A DNA stretch of 64,000 bases. It comes from the human T2T-CHM13v2.0 reference genome, Homo sapiens. The position numbers and the translations under genes are program-made. The notes under the pieces are model-generated. The model ran no database searches. It was given only the letters and a program-made list of their open reading frames with translations, and had not been told where the DNA came from. The DNA lies in the NCBI RefSeq assembly GCF_009914755.1, contig NC_060938.1; one strand, 5' to 3'. The first letter of the stretch is position 1; every line of letters begins with the position of its first letter. Below, piece after piece: positions 1 through 13,779 of the stretch.

Positions 1-276
1 GGGCCGTTTTATAGGATTTGGGTAGGTAGTGGAAAATTACAGTCAAAGGAGGTTGTTCTCTGGCTGGCAGGGGTGGGGGTCACAAGGTGCTCAGTGGGGG
101 AGCTTTTGAGCCAGGATGAGCCAGGAGAAGGAATTTCACAAGGTAATGTCATCAGTTAAGGCAGGAGCCGGCCATTTTCACTTCTTTTTTAATTTCCAAT
201 TACTTCAGGCCATCTGGATGTACACGTGCAGGTCACAGGGGTTACGATGGCTTAGCTTAGGCTCAGAGGCTTGACA
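1..276 (-). mobile_element. LTR7-family (HERV-H) LTR, U3 portion; runs off the left edge
   Basis: Reverse complement begins TGTCAAGCCTCTGAGCCTAAGCTAAGCCATC and continues ...TTAACTGATGACATTACCTTGTGAAATTCC...CCTACCCAAATCCTATAAAACGGCCC, matching the LTR7 consensus as I recall it; TATA box near 7-15 on the minus strand. Confidence 0.85.
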
Positions 277-280
277 GAAA

Positions 281-905
281 TGTGCTCCCCCAAATTATAA
301 GAGGCGTGCCTACGGGTCCAAACCCAAAGAATGGGCTAAGAGACCAGAAGAAGTACAGCGAAAGTGAAACTTGACTGTCAGTCTTGCAAGATCAGGTGTC
401 CATTGAGCAGGCACATCTGGTACAGTTACAGCAATCAATTTATCCCCTAGTGCGCAAGTCCCTCCCCCGGTTCCTGTAGGCTGAGCACTGTGGGGTTACA
501 ATCTTCCTGGACGTAGTCACCTAAGTTTCTTTTCTTGTTTTTTATTGGTCGTTGGGTTGGGGCTTTTGGTACTTTCTTCAGGGTCTTCTTGCTGCATTTT
601 GTTGCAGCCCTTAATGCATTGTAATTGTAGTCAGCTCTGGGACTCTTCAAGTATTTGACCTATGACCCAGGGGGTTAAGCGAGCTGTTAGGAATAGACAA
701 GGTGAGCTATTTTTGCAAGCTAGTAAACTTCCATTCTAAGCTAAATCCTCTGGTTTGGGTGAGGGTAACTAAAGGGTCCCAATAAGCAGGCACTGGCTAT
801 TAAAGCAGGGCCCTAGGGTATCCTGTTCTTCTATAGCTTACAGGTCGAAGTGTATTCAAGGTATTTTGTCTTGAAAATGGACCACCATATATGTTGTTTT
901 CTACA
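281..905 (-). mobile_element. Unclassified ERV LTR-like element
   Basis: TG...CA termini (tgtgct at 281, ttctaca at 905), LTR-like composition, lies within an ERV cluster; family not recognised. Confidence 0.35.
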
Positions 906-1562
906 GCTAGGTTACATCCACAGGGACTCAAATATAGAAGTATGGAGTTCTTCTCAGGCCGTATTTAGTTTGCTTTAACAGCAAACTAACAGTCAGTAGC
1001 TTCACACTGAAACAGACAGACGACAGGGAAGTCCACAGGCTTCCCTTCCCCACAAGGTGTGGCAAAGGGAGGGAGAATACTTAGAAGACTTAAAGAAGAT
1101 TACAGAGTTCAAAGCCAGGGCACTAAACAGAGTTTTCTAAACTGATCAGCTGTTTCAATCCATCCTGCATGGGTGACTATTCAGGCTGAGCCAAGCCACC
1201 ATTTCAACATGTCCTGTGTGGGTATCTATTCGGTTGGAGCTGATGAAGTTAGTGAAAACCAAAAGAAAGGAAGGAGGGAGGAAGAAGAAGGAAAAATAAA
1301 AACACAACAAATAGGGGACAGGAGAGGAGGGAAAGCATAGCTTAGAGGGGTGGCAAGGAGTCTTGGGGAGGCTGGAGGAAAACTCCCAGTTGCAGCAATA
1401 CTAAACCGAAGTTTCAGACAGCTGCCCATCAGCTGCAGAGGGGTCCGGCCATCATGCTGGCTCACAAGCCTCCCGCTTGGGAGAGAAAAATGTTCCCCAT
1501 GTCCTGTGGACCTGCATTGGTTGCCGGAGAATCTCTTATAAACCAGACTCTTTGGCTCCCCA

Positions 1563-2257
<695 letters not shown>

Positions 2258-2281
2258 TGAAAGCCCAAAAGAATAATATAG

Positions 2282-3011
<730 letters not shown>

Positions 3012-3031
3012 GTAGAATGACTACTTTCTTT

Positions 3032-3471
3032 TGTGAACCCCGAATATCTGAGATGGTCTCAGTTAGTTTAGAAAGTTTATTTTGCCAAGGTTGAGGATGT
3101 GCACCTGTGACACAGCCTCAGGAAAGACATGTGCCCAAGGTGCTCGGGCACAGCTTGGTTTTATACATTTTAGGGAGACATGAGACATCAATCAATATAT
3201 GTAAGAAATACATTGGTTCTGTCCAGAAAGGCGGGGACAACTCGAAACAGGGAGGGAGCTTCCAGATCACAGGTAGGTGAGAGACAAATGGTTGCATTCT
3301 TTTTGAGTTTCTGATTAGCCTTTCCAAAGGAGGCAGTCAGATATGCACCTATCTCAGTGTGGCAGAGGGAAGACTTTGAATAGAATGGGAGGCAGATTTG
3401 CCCTGAGCAGTTCCCAGCTTGACATTTCCCTTTAGCTTAGTAATTTTGGTGCCCAAGGTTTTCCTTTCACA
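3032..3471 (-). mobile_element. MER4A1-like solo LTR (ERV1)
   Basis: Reverse complement TGTGAAAGGAAAACCTTGGGCACCAAAATTACTAAGCTAAAGGG ... GATATTCGGGGTTCACA; 4-bp TSD CTTT at 3028-3031 and 3472-3475. Confidence 0.85.
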
Positions 3472-3554
3472 CTTTGTATGACTATTAATGGGTCTTAATA
3501 TAACTATTAATGGGTATGGTGTCAGTGAGGTAGCATAGTGTTGTTTTGTGATCA

Positions 3555-4030
<476 letters not shown>

Positions 4031-4413
4031 ACTTACTAGTTTATATAAGAGCTCTTTTTCATCTTTGCCTCACTTTTATTTAAATTGTGTTTCTGGCAGA
4101 TGGAACAAGTTTTTACCTATTCATTATAAGGGCTAATGCTTTTTATTGATATTTGTGGGGGAAACCTTTAAGATCTTTTTAGTTGCCCTGATATATAATC
4201 TCATAGAGGCTGTGGCTCAGCCTCAGGTTGTTGCTTTAGTCAATGGCAAAGCTACTTTTTAAAGTGGGCCGAGCTAAGGAAAAAGGCATTGGAGTTTTCT
4301 TAGGAGACTGGGGTTTTAATTAGTATTTATCAGGAGGGGAAGTAAATTTCTTGAATTTTGTGATAAGAAGCAGTACTACAAGTAAAAGTGAGGAGCCTCA
4401 ATTCTGGGGTCTA

Positions 4414-4818
<405 letters not shown>

Positions 4819-5250
4819 TTACATCTGAAAAGGGGAGAGGAATTATGCAGACTTTTAAAGTAACTGGTCTTAGAGGATTTCCAGGGACATATTTGCCTAT
4901 TGTCAGGTTTTGGTCTGTGACAAACAGGAAATTCTCCCAGCAGTGTTGAGCTTTAACATGTAGGTGCTTAAGGGAGGATGGGGGAATGGACAATTATTTG
5001 TCTGGAGAGTCTGCAGTGTTTACATGTCCAGGCTGAGGCCCAGGAAAATTACTATTTAAGTTCTCCTTCTTAAGGGCAGGACAGTCCATTTTCCAGTGTC
5101 CTGGCATTTTATAGTATCTGCAAGCATCTTTTGGAGGGGAGGTTTTGGGATTGGTAAGAAGGATGGATGGAGCTTTAGGTTATTCCTAAAGCCACATTTC
5201 TGTTTTTGTAAAGACTCAGTAAAGCCAGAACATTTATTTATTTTTAAAAA

Positions 5251-5513
5251 ATATTTATTTATTTGTTTGTTAGATATGGGGTCTCACTCTGTGGCCCAGG
5301 CTGGAGTATAGTAGCACAACCATAGCTCACTGCAGCCTCAAACTTCTGGGCTCAGTCGATCCTCCCACTTCAGCCTCCCAAGTAAATGGAACTACAGGTG
5401 CATACCACCATGCCTGGCTAATTTAAAAAAATTTTGTTTAGATACAGGGTCTCACTGTGCTGCTCAGGCTGGTCTTGAACTCCTGGCCTCAGGCGATCTT
5501 TTTGCCTCAGCCT
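5251..5513 (-). mobile_element. AluJ-like, 5'-truncated
   Basis: Diverged Alu arms and linker. Confidence 0.8.
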
Positions 5514-7201
5514 AGAACAGTTATTTTTTTAATACCTCAAAGAATTGGGTGGTGACATCAACAATAGCATTCACGGATTGGCCTGCCCATCCAACTGCCC
5601 TATTTTGAAATTGTCCCCTTAGGTCGGAGAGAAAATTTCTAACTGACATGGAAACCAAAAGATTCCTGTGTTCCAGGGCTTCTGAATTTAGAGCTGTGTG
5701 CCTTTGGAATGTTTTTATAAATCTTTTAACAGAGCCTTTAGGATAAATTCCTGCCCTCTGAGCATATCATTCCACTTCAGCCCATTGACCTGTAAAGGGA
5801 AGTCTTCCATAATATCTCCTATCAGACTGGACTATCAGCCTTCCCCTGGGCCATGTGCAGGAGGAAGGTGGTGAAGGGGAGTTTATGGTGGGTGTAGATT
5901 TAAATTTTTGTTCTAAATCTGATTTCTGTTATTTAATTTTATTAAGGGAGCGTTTTAGGCTAGCTGTGATACTTTTTGTGTCCTTCTTTCCATTTCATCC
6001 TCCCCTATGGGTAATTAGGACATTTGCTTAGGGTAAGTGCTCTCTAAAAATCCTTTTAAATATGAAAGCTCTTCCAACCCAAAGGATCTGTCTTCTGGCC
6101 ACTGACAATTTAGGGTTTCCAAAAGCGTACTTGTTCCAACGTACTATTCAAAACCAATAAGCCTTATTATGTGGCTTGACCATAAACTACATAGCCAAAA
6201 AACTTCAGTAATGATATATTTCAGGATCTCAGTGTTATTAGTGCTGGCTCTTTTCTGTCTGTACCTGTAACTAACAACAACACAACAGAAATTATAGAAA
6301 TATAGTCATTTCTTGAAAATATTTAGTCAATTGTCTTGTCTAGGATTTTGGTCAATATGGCACCAAATAGATATTGGAGCTTTAAAATAGAATTGATTGA
6401 TTTTTTGGAATAATCTGGAATTCTAGATGTAATAAACATTTAAAATTGAATTCATTTAAATTAAGGTAGTTTCTCACACATCTTGTGTTATTTAGTAAAG
6501 ACTCAGGACCAGTTTAACCTTTGTTACGTTGATACTTAGAATATACGATCTCTAACATCAGGATTATAAACAACCTAAGTTTGTAAATTCGTGATTTTAA
6601 CTTTTTCCTGCTCTTAAAAATTGATATACTATCTTAATTAGTTTAAAAAGCCAGTCCTTTTTATTCACAGATTCAACTACCTTTAGAACATTCTTAGGAA
6701 AAAAATTGTGGCAGGGTACGCAGCATAGGGTAAAAAGAGCACTGTGTACTACCGTATTTCCTGTAATGAAAAATCTGCAATACAAAGCATGCAGTAGTAG
6801 AAAACCGTGTTCCTCTGAAGCACAGGTATAACGTGCATGTTGTAATGGATTTATCAGACTTGAGGAATAAGAATGCTCTAATAGTATGCTCATCCTGTTG
6901 GGAATAAATCTTTGGAATTTTAATTCACATGTGATTTGGAAAATCAACAGTAGCATCATTAAAAATTCCATCTGTAATCAATATTTGAGCCTATTCGTAA
7001 CTATGTTTTCCTTTCTGTAACTGATGGATCCTGGTGGTTTGCCGTCTTACGAATCAATCTCACACTGAAGATTCTTGGCCTAGGACTCAGACATGATGGA
7101 TTGTGGCCTTTCTCTGTACCCATTGCCTTAGGAAGTCCTTGAGTATAATTGTAACCAGTGTGTTTCATTCTTTTCCCCTGTGGCTATGGAAACCTCTTCA
7201 G

Positions 7202-7392
7202 GTTGGTGGCTACTGGGATAAGTCCTGTAGCACAGTGACTCAGCTGAAGGAAGGTCTCAACCGAATCCTCTGCCTGATCCCCTATAATGTGATCAATCAA
7301 TCTGTCTGGGAGTGTATTATGCCGGAATGGCTGGAAGCCATCAGAACAGAAGTCCCAGATAATCAGTTAAAAGAATTCAGGGAAGTATTAAG
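7202..7392 (+). CDS. UNC79: UNC79 internal coding exon (VGGYWDKSCSTVTQLKEGLNRILCLIP...EFREVL), phase 0 to 2
   Basis: ttcag acceptor; AG|gtgggt donor; AG plus the C of the next exon gives Ser in frame; peptide recognised as UNC79. Confidence 0.9.
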
Positions 7393-8000
7393 GTGGGTAA
7401 GTAGTTTAATGAAGTCACTGTAATTATAATCATATCTAACGTTTGGTGAGCATGTACTGTATGCCGGTCACCCTACTAAGCGTTTTATATAATCTCATTT
7501 ATTTTTTAACCACCCTGTGGAGAAACTTGAAGCCCCAACATGAAATAGCTGCAATACCTCAACCTAAGATGATTTGGCATTGTCCAGAAAAGATTTTGTT
7601 CTTGTGGAATAGTAAATAGATAAAAACAGATGTTTACTTATTTTGAAATTTTCAAATATAATTATAATTGGTGGGATGTGGTGGAAAAGTGCAAAGGGAA
7701 ACTGTTTTAGATGCTAGGGAGCAATGCTAATGCCTTAGAAATGCAATTCCTTCTGTTAAACCTAATATGAGGAAGAACAGTAATGTTATTAACAACCATA
7801 TGAATTATTTATAAGATCTCTATTTCAATGACATAAACTTCTCTTACAGTAAAGTGAAATATGCTGATAACAGTTCAGAATACAAACTAATCTAAAAGGC
7901 TTGGCTCTCCAAATAGGGAATAGTTAGAAAGACGGTGGTGGTATTAGTAGAACCCAATCTATGCCCATTGGTCATTTACTTTTGTTGCTCTGCTTTCCAG

Positions 8001-8124
8001 CAAAATGTTTGACATTGAACTCTGTCCTCTGCCTTTCTCAATGGAGGAGATGTTTGGTTTTATTAGTTGTCGGTTTACAGGATACCCCTCCTCTGTGCAG
8101 GAGCAAGCTTTACTGTGGCTTCAT
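8001..8124 (+). CDS. UNC79: UNC79 exon (SKMFDIELCPLPFSMEEMFGFISCRFTGYPSSVQEQALLWLH)
   Basis: tgctttccag acceptor, CAT|gtaagt donor, 124 nt, phase 2 to 0; not in the ORF track. Confidence 0.92.
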
Positions 8125-9032
8125 GTAAGTGAATAATACTTTCGATCATTTTAGGAAATAGTTCTTAGCTTATAAGCTTTAGATCCCTGGATCGAGAGAG
8201 TGGGAGTTATAGCAAAGACTTCGTAAGTCCCCATGTTTGCCAAGAAAGTGTATCTCCTATGCATAGATAAATGAGTAAATTTCAAATATATGTTGCTCTA
8301 GTTGTGGTTAATAACATATAAATATATAAATTGTGCAATAATATTACTGAATTCTTAGTAGCTTTAGGTCCTTTTGTATTTTTCCATCAATAGCTATTAA
8401 AAGTACAATAGCTGTCTTGTGGGATTCTGATAAATCTTTGATATTAAACAGGTCCTTTACTTGGAAAGATGGGGAAGGATTTAGTGAGTAGTTCATGCTG
8501 TTCCCTCAGCCTGGAATGACTTCCTCTCCTGTCTCTATTTGTGAACTCCAACCTATCTTTTAAAGTCCATCTCAAAAATTATCCCCTATGTGAACTTTCC
8601 TGCTACTTCAAACCCTCATCTTCCCAGGTTCTCTGTGTGAATTTGGTTCTATTTCTGTCTCACAGTTTTTGTCTGTCTCGCCACCTGATTTCAAGCTCTT
8701 GAGTACAGGGGCCAGGTCTTACTCATTTCTGTATTTATAACCCTCTTCATCCTCTCCTCCTAGAATATGGCACACGCTTGTATTTAAAAGTGGATGTTCA
8801 ATTAAAGTTTATTAAATTAACTTGAATACCTGATATGAGTTTGGGCAGTTTTAGAAAATGAGGACAGAATCAATGTTTAGATTAACTACAGATACAGGTA
8901 CATTTCTGTGTCATGCAAGGATAGGATCCCATAAGCTCTTCAAGTTGTAAAGACACCTTTTCGAAACTAAAGAGCAATATTCTTCGCATTTGACAAAGAG
9001 TAAAGGGACCATTTTTTAAAAAGTCAAAATTT

Positions 9033-9357
<325 letters not shown>

Positions 9358-10365
9358 TTAAACCATTTATTCCCAAATGGATTTCAGTAAGGTAATTCTC
9401 CTTTTAAGAAAGCCAGTCTTCCTACAGATGGCTGGATGTTGCCTCAGTTACCCCGTTGCACAGCCCTTACACTGTGCTCTTTGGGGATAAGCCCATACAG
9501 CTTTGTCCCCCCCTATAGCTACAGTGGCAACATTTACACGTTTTATGAACTGGGCTTTCATCCAGCCTTGGTTTATAAGACAGAGTGCTGCAGCTGAAGA
9601 AGGTTTTCCAGCCTTGGTCTATTTGGAGGATAGAGTGGACACTAAAGTGGTTAGAGTTGACTCATTTATAATTAATTCTGGAAGCACGTACAAGAGCTCC
9701 CATGTGCCAGGCACTGAAATAGGCACTGGAATAAAAAATGGGACCGGAAATAGTCCTTTCTGCGTACTTCCTTTTTTTAAGCAGCTCACAGTGGGAGGGA
9801 TAGGATTAGATAATTAAACAGAAGAAAAAGTAATAATTGCTCTAATAAAGATATGTATAAAGGTTAAGAAAGCAGAAAACAGGGATGGATTAATTCTGTC
9901 TGAAGGAAGAAGGCATTTTTTTCCAGAAAATTAATGACAGAGAAAGTGACTTGATTTGGGCCCAGATTGACATGAAGTTGTACCAGACAGCAGGATCGGA
10001 TGGGTCATTGAGATCAGAGTGGGGATGGACTGGAGAAGCAGTGCTAGTCCAGGAGAAAGGTGGGGATCTAAGGCACTAGTGGTGGGTATGGAGAGTGGGG
10101 GACAGCATCAAAAGAAACTGAGAAGTGTTAATAGAAAGAACATGGTGACCTATTGGATGCTGGGGGTGAGGAAAGGAGAAAGTTCAGTGATAACTTTGAT
10201 TTTCTTAGTATGAAAATTGGAGGATGACTGTGTTGATAGAATACGTGTAAGGCTAATTATCCTTATGTTCAATAATTTGCTTTGGAAAAAGAAGGTTAAA
10301 TATAGCTTTTTTGAGTTTTAAAATTTACATGTGTTTTTTGGGGGATATATGCCTTTTTTCCCTAG

Positions 10366-10506
10366 GTATTATCGGAGTTAGATATCATGGTTCCACTTCA
10401 ACTACTAATAAGTATGTTTTCTGATGGAGTTAATTCAGTCAAAGAGCTGGCAAATCAAAGAAAATCAAGAGTCAGTGAACTGGCAGGGAACCTTGCATCT
10501 CGAAGG
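10366..10506 (+). CDS. UNC79: UNC79 exon (VLSELDIMVPLQLLISMFSDG...NLASRR)
   Basis: ttttttccctag acceptor, AGG|gtaatt donor, 141 nt, phase 0 to 0. Confidence 0.92.
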
Positions 10507-11642
10507 GTAATTATTGCCACATTTGTTCTTGTCTTGCTTTTAAAAATCTTGAAAACCCTTGTCAGTTATCCTACGCCTGAAAGTACTGTCATAAGAAACC
10601 AAAAATGTGTTTTCAGCCCATCTCGCTGTGTTCATCTTTTAAGTGCATTAAATAGTCACATTTGTTTGGTATAGTTTATAATCAGTAAGTTATTGAGTTT
10701 TCATTTTATTTTTAATTTCTTTGAATTTTAGCTTTCTCCCTTGATGAAAAAGAGTAGCTTTTTGGTAACATTCCATTTTTATGAGTCTCCTGGTGAATAA
10801 GAATTTTTTACCATCTCCTAGGCAGATCAGTGCTTCACTTTGGGGGTGAGGAGTCTGGGAGGAGTTTGGATGATTGTTTTTTTTTCCTTGTCTTTTGGGA
10901 AGATATGATCAACTACTGGTGACTGTGAGGGATGCTGTCACTGTGAACCAACTGAGCCCATTTTATTGACCCCTTTGCATCATTGTAGATGAGAAAAGTC
11001 AAGATAGTCTGGTCTAAAGTGTATACAAACTGCTGGACAGCTTTGGTTATTTTTCTATGGAGGCCTGATAGAGTCTCTGCTGATGTGCTGCTGTTCTCAG
11101 GCCGTGAGCAGCTGTGGAAAGGTTGACTCTTATTGGATGGTTGGCAGAAAATGTCCTCCACTCTTTCCTTGTCAAGCCTCTCTACAAAATTTCCCCCACT
11201 GTATGCCACAGGCCTCCAGCCATCCCACCTGACATCTAGGGATTAAAACATGGAACATGATTATGGGTTTGCATTCAGTGTTTTAAAGAATATCCTTACT
11301 TATTTTGTCATCTTCCTGATAGGAGCCAGCTGCTAACCATCTGTACTTTCTTTCTTTCTTCTGTAACCTTTAAGATGACATTCCTTTGTGTAGCACTTTA
11401 TTCTGTGCAATGTGTTCACAGCAAACAATATCACAGAATTGTGTGAGGCAGCCAGGGAAGAACTCATTATCTTCATTTTACAACTACCTAACCTGATGTT
11501 CAGTGAAGTGAAGTGATTTCCTACAGAAACACCGTGAATACCTGGGTATTCTGATTCTTAATGGGGTAATCTTCCTTTTTACCTTAAAAATGGTGTTTGA
11601 AGAGCTTTGTGGTTACCACAAAGATTTTTAAGACAGAAAAAT

Positions 11643-11760
11643 ACCTAGGTGATAGGTTCAATCATACCCCAAACCTCAGCATCATGCAATATAACTTTGT
11701 AACAAACCTGCACATGTGTTCCCCCGATTCTAAAATAAAAATTGAAAAAGAAAAAAAAGA
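11643..11760 (+). mobile_element. L1 3'-end fragment (L1PB/L1MA-like)
   Basis: ccaaacctcagcatcatgcaatata...aacaaacctgcacatgt...aataaaa plus A tail. Confidence 0.75.
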
Positions 11761-11792
11761 GAGAGAAATATGATTTGAGAGTGAAGTACAGA

Positions 11793-12687
11793 TGTGTTAG
11801 TCAGGGTCCTGATTCAGAATTTATCCCAGATAGTTTAAATGACAGACTTTAATGGAGATTCTTCCTATAGTATTATGGGAAAGCTTAAAGGAGCTAAAGG
11901 AGCAATATGGGTGGACAAGACACCTAGAGTCCAGGTACAGTCCAGTAGAAAGTCCTTACACTCCCAGGGCTGAAGGAACAAGGGAAAGAGTTCCTGGGGC
12001 ACCAAACGGGAGCTGAAACTGTAAGAAAGGGCTGGTTGGAGAAGTTACGGAGTGCTGGAGATGCTCCCAGAGATGTAGCACCCAAGTGGGCAGGGAGAGG
12101 GGAGAAATACTCCTGCCTCTCTCTCCTCCAGGTCTCAGGAATTCTGCTGGTACCTCCCATTGACTGAACCCAGTCAGGCTTGGTGGCTTATGCCTCTAAT
12201 CCCAGCACTTCAGGAGGCTGAAGTGGGAGGATTGCTTGAGTCCAGGAGTTAGAGACCAGCCTGGGCCACATAATGAGACCTTGTCTCTACAAAAAAATTT
12301 TCAAAAACTTAGCTGGGCCTGGTGGAGACCTTGTCTCTACAAAAAAATTTTCAAAAACTTAGCTGGGCCTGGTGGTGCATGCCTTTTGTCCCAGCTACTT
12401 GGGAGGCTGAGGTGGGAGGATTGCTTGAGAGTGAGAGGTCAAGCCTGCAGAGAGCCGTGATCATGCCACTGCACTCCAGCTTGGGCAACAGAGCAAGACT
12501 GTCCCAAAACAAAACAACAACAAAATAATCCAAAAAATAAAAACCATTGACTTAACCCAACTGGAAGCTAGGCAGCAAAGGAGCCAGAGGAGACTCAGTC
12601 CACGACTTCTTGGGCATAGAGTAGGGCCAAGGAGGTAGTAAGAGTCTGAGTGGGGGTTGGGTGGACAAATGGAGAATAACCAGTACA
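11793..12687 (-). mobile_element. MaLR (MLT1-type) LTR, interrupted by an Alu
   Basis: tgtgttagtcagggtcc ... ggagaataaccagtaca termini typical of MLT1. Confidence 0.55.
12172..12543 (+). mobile_element. AluJ with an internal perfect 50-bp tandem duplication
   Basis: TSD ccattgact(g/t)aaccca; duplicated linker region 12275-12374. Confidence 0.88.
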
Positions 12688-13153
12688 AAAGGTTTGTCAT
12701 ATATTGTTGTCTCATAATAGTTTAATAATTGTAATCCCCAGAGACCATCTTTTAACCAATCAGGTCAACCTGAGATTCTGTGCTTCTGATTCTAAACATT
12801 ATCTTGCAATATTTTACTTTTGTAAGTTCTCATTTTTCGGGGTACAATTTTCAGTAGACTCAAACAATCCGGTCTAATTGGACATGTTTGATGGGTTGAA
12901 AAATGTAATGGCAGATGCCTTCATTCTTCAGGGTGTTGATGTCACTTCCTGACAACTAGGAAGTTTGAGTGGTTTTATTTCTTGTTTTTATATATTGAGA
13001 GAATCCTTAGTATTTGGAGGTACTAATGCCATTGGTTAAGGAAAGAAATAAGTGTGACAGCTGGAAATACCTTCCATAGAGTCCCCGAATATTTTACACA
13101 GCAATTTGAGCTTCTGTGAGTTCATTTCTATGTGTTGCCATTCTTTCTTGTAG

Positions 13154-13375
13154 GTGAGTGTTGCCTCTGATCCTGGCCGACGAGTTCAGCACAATATGCT
13201 TAGTCCATTTCATAGTCCTTTCCAGAGTCCGTTTCGGAGTCCTTTGCGTAGTCCGTTTCGTAGCCCTTTCAAGAATTTTGGACACCCAGGAGGAAGGACT
13301 ATTGACTTTGATTGTGAAGATGATGAAATGAATCTAAATTGTTTCATCCTCATGTTTGATCTTCTCCTGAAGCAG
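13154..13375 (+). CDS. UNC79: UNC79 exon with SPF(x) tandem repeat (VSVASDPGRRVQHNMLSPFHSPFQSPFRSPLRSPFRSPFK...FDLLLKQ)
   Basis: ttctttcttgtag acceptor, CAG|gtagct donor, 222 nt, phase 0 to 0. Confidence 0.92.
13202..13273 (+). repeat. Coding 12-bp tandem repeat x6 (AGTCCNTTYNNN-like)
   Basis: agtccatttcat agtcctttccag agtccgtttcgg agtcctttgcgt agtccgtttcgt agccctttcaag. Confidence 0.9.
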
Positions 13376-13779
13376 GTAGCTGAAGCATGAGCTTCCTTTA
13401 GTTCAGAGGTGAAGAATGAGAGAAAGCGTTGTACAGCAATTCTTTCCATGTGTTGGGCATCTCCACACTTATCAAAATGATTCAGCATCACCCGAGACCT
13501 TTTGCAAACTCCTTTGGAGATTTTCTAAAAAGTCTGAAAACTACTTATGTGAATATCTGCAGTGATGTTGACATATGAGAATGGATTGAATTTTAGAAAC
13601 ACCCTAGTGTCATTAGAATTGATTCTGTTAAATAAATTGCATTAACAAAAAGGATGATACTGTTGTTGGGAAGGGCAAGGTACAACTCTATAGTGATGAA
13701 GCTAATTTTAATATATTTTATACATTGATTTTTAAAATTAATTTAAAAAGAGAAGTTAAAAAGGTTTTGATGAGAACAT

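Noticed and set aside
13560-13740. TGATG motifs downstream of an exon suggesting an intronic C/D snoRNA
   Set aside because: No properly placed CTGA D box or terminal stem
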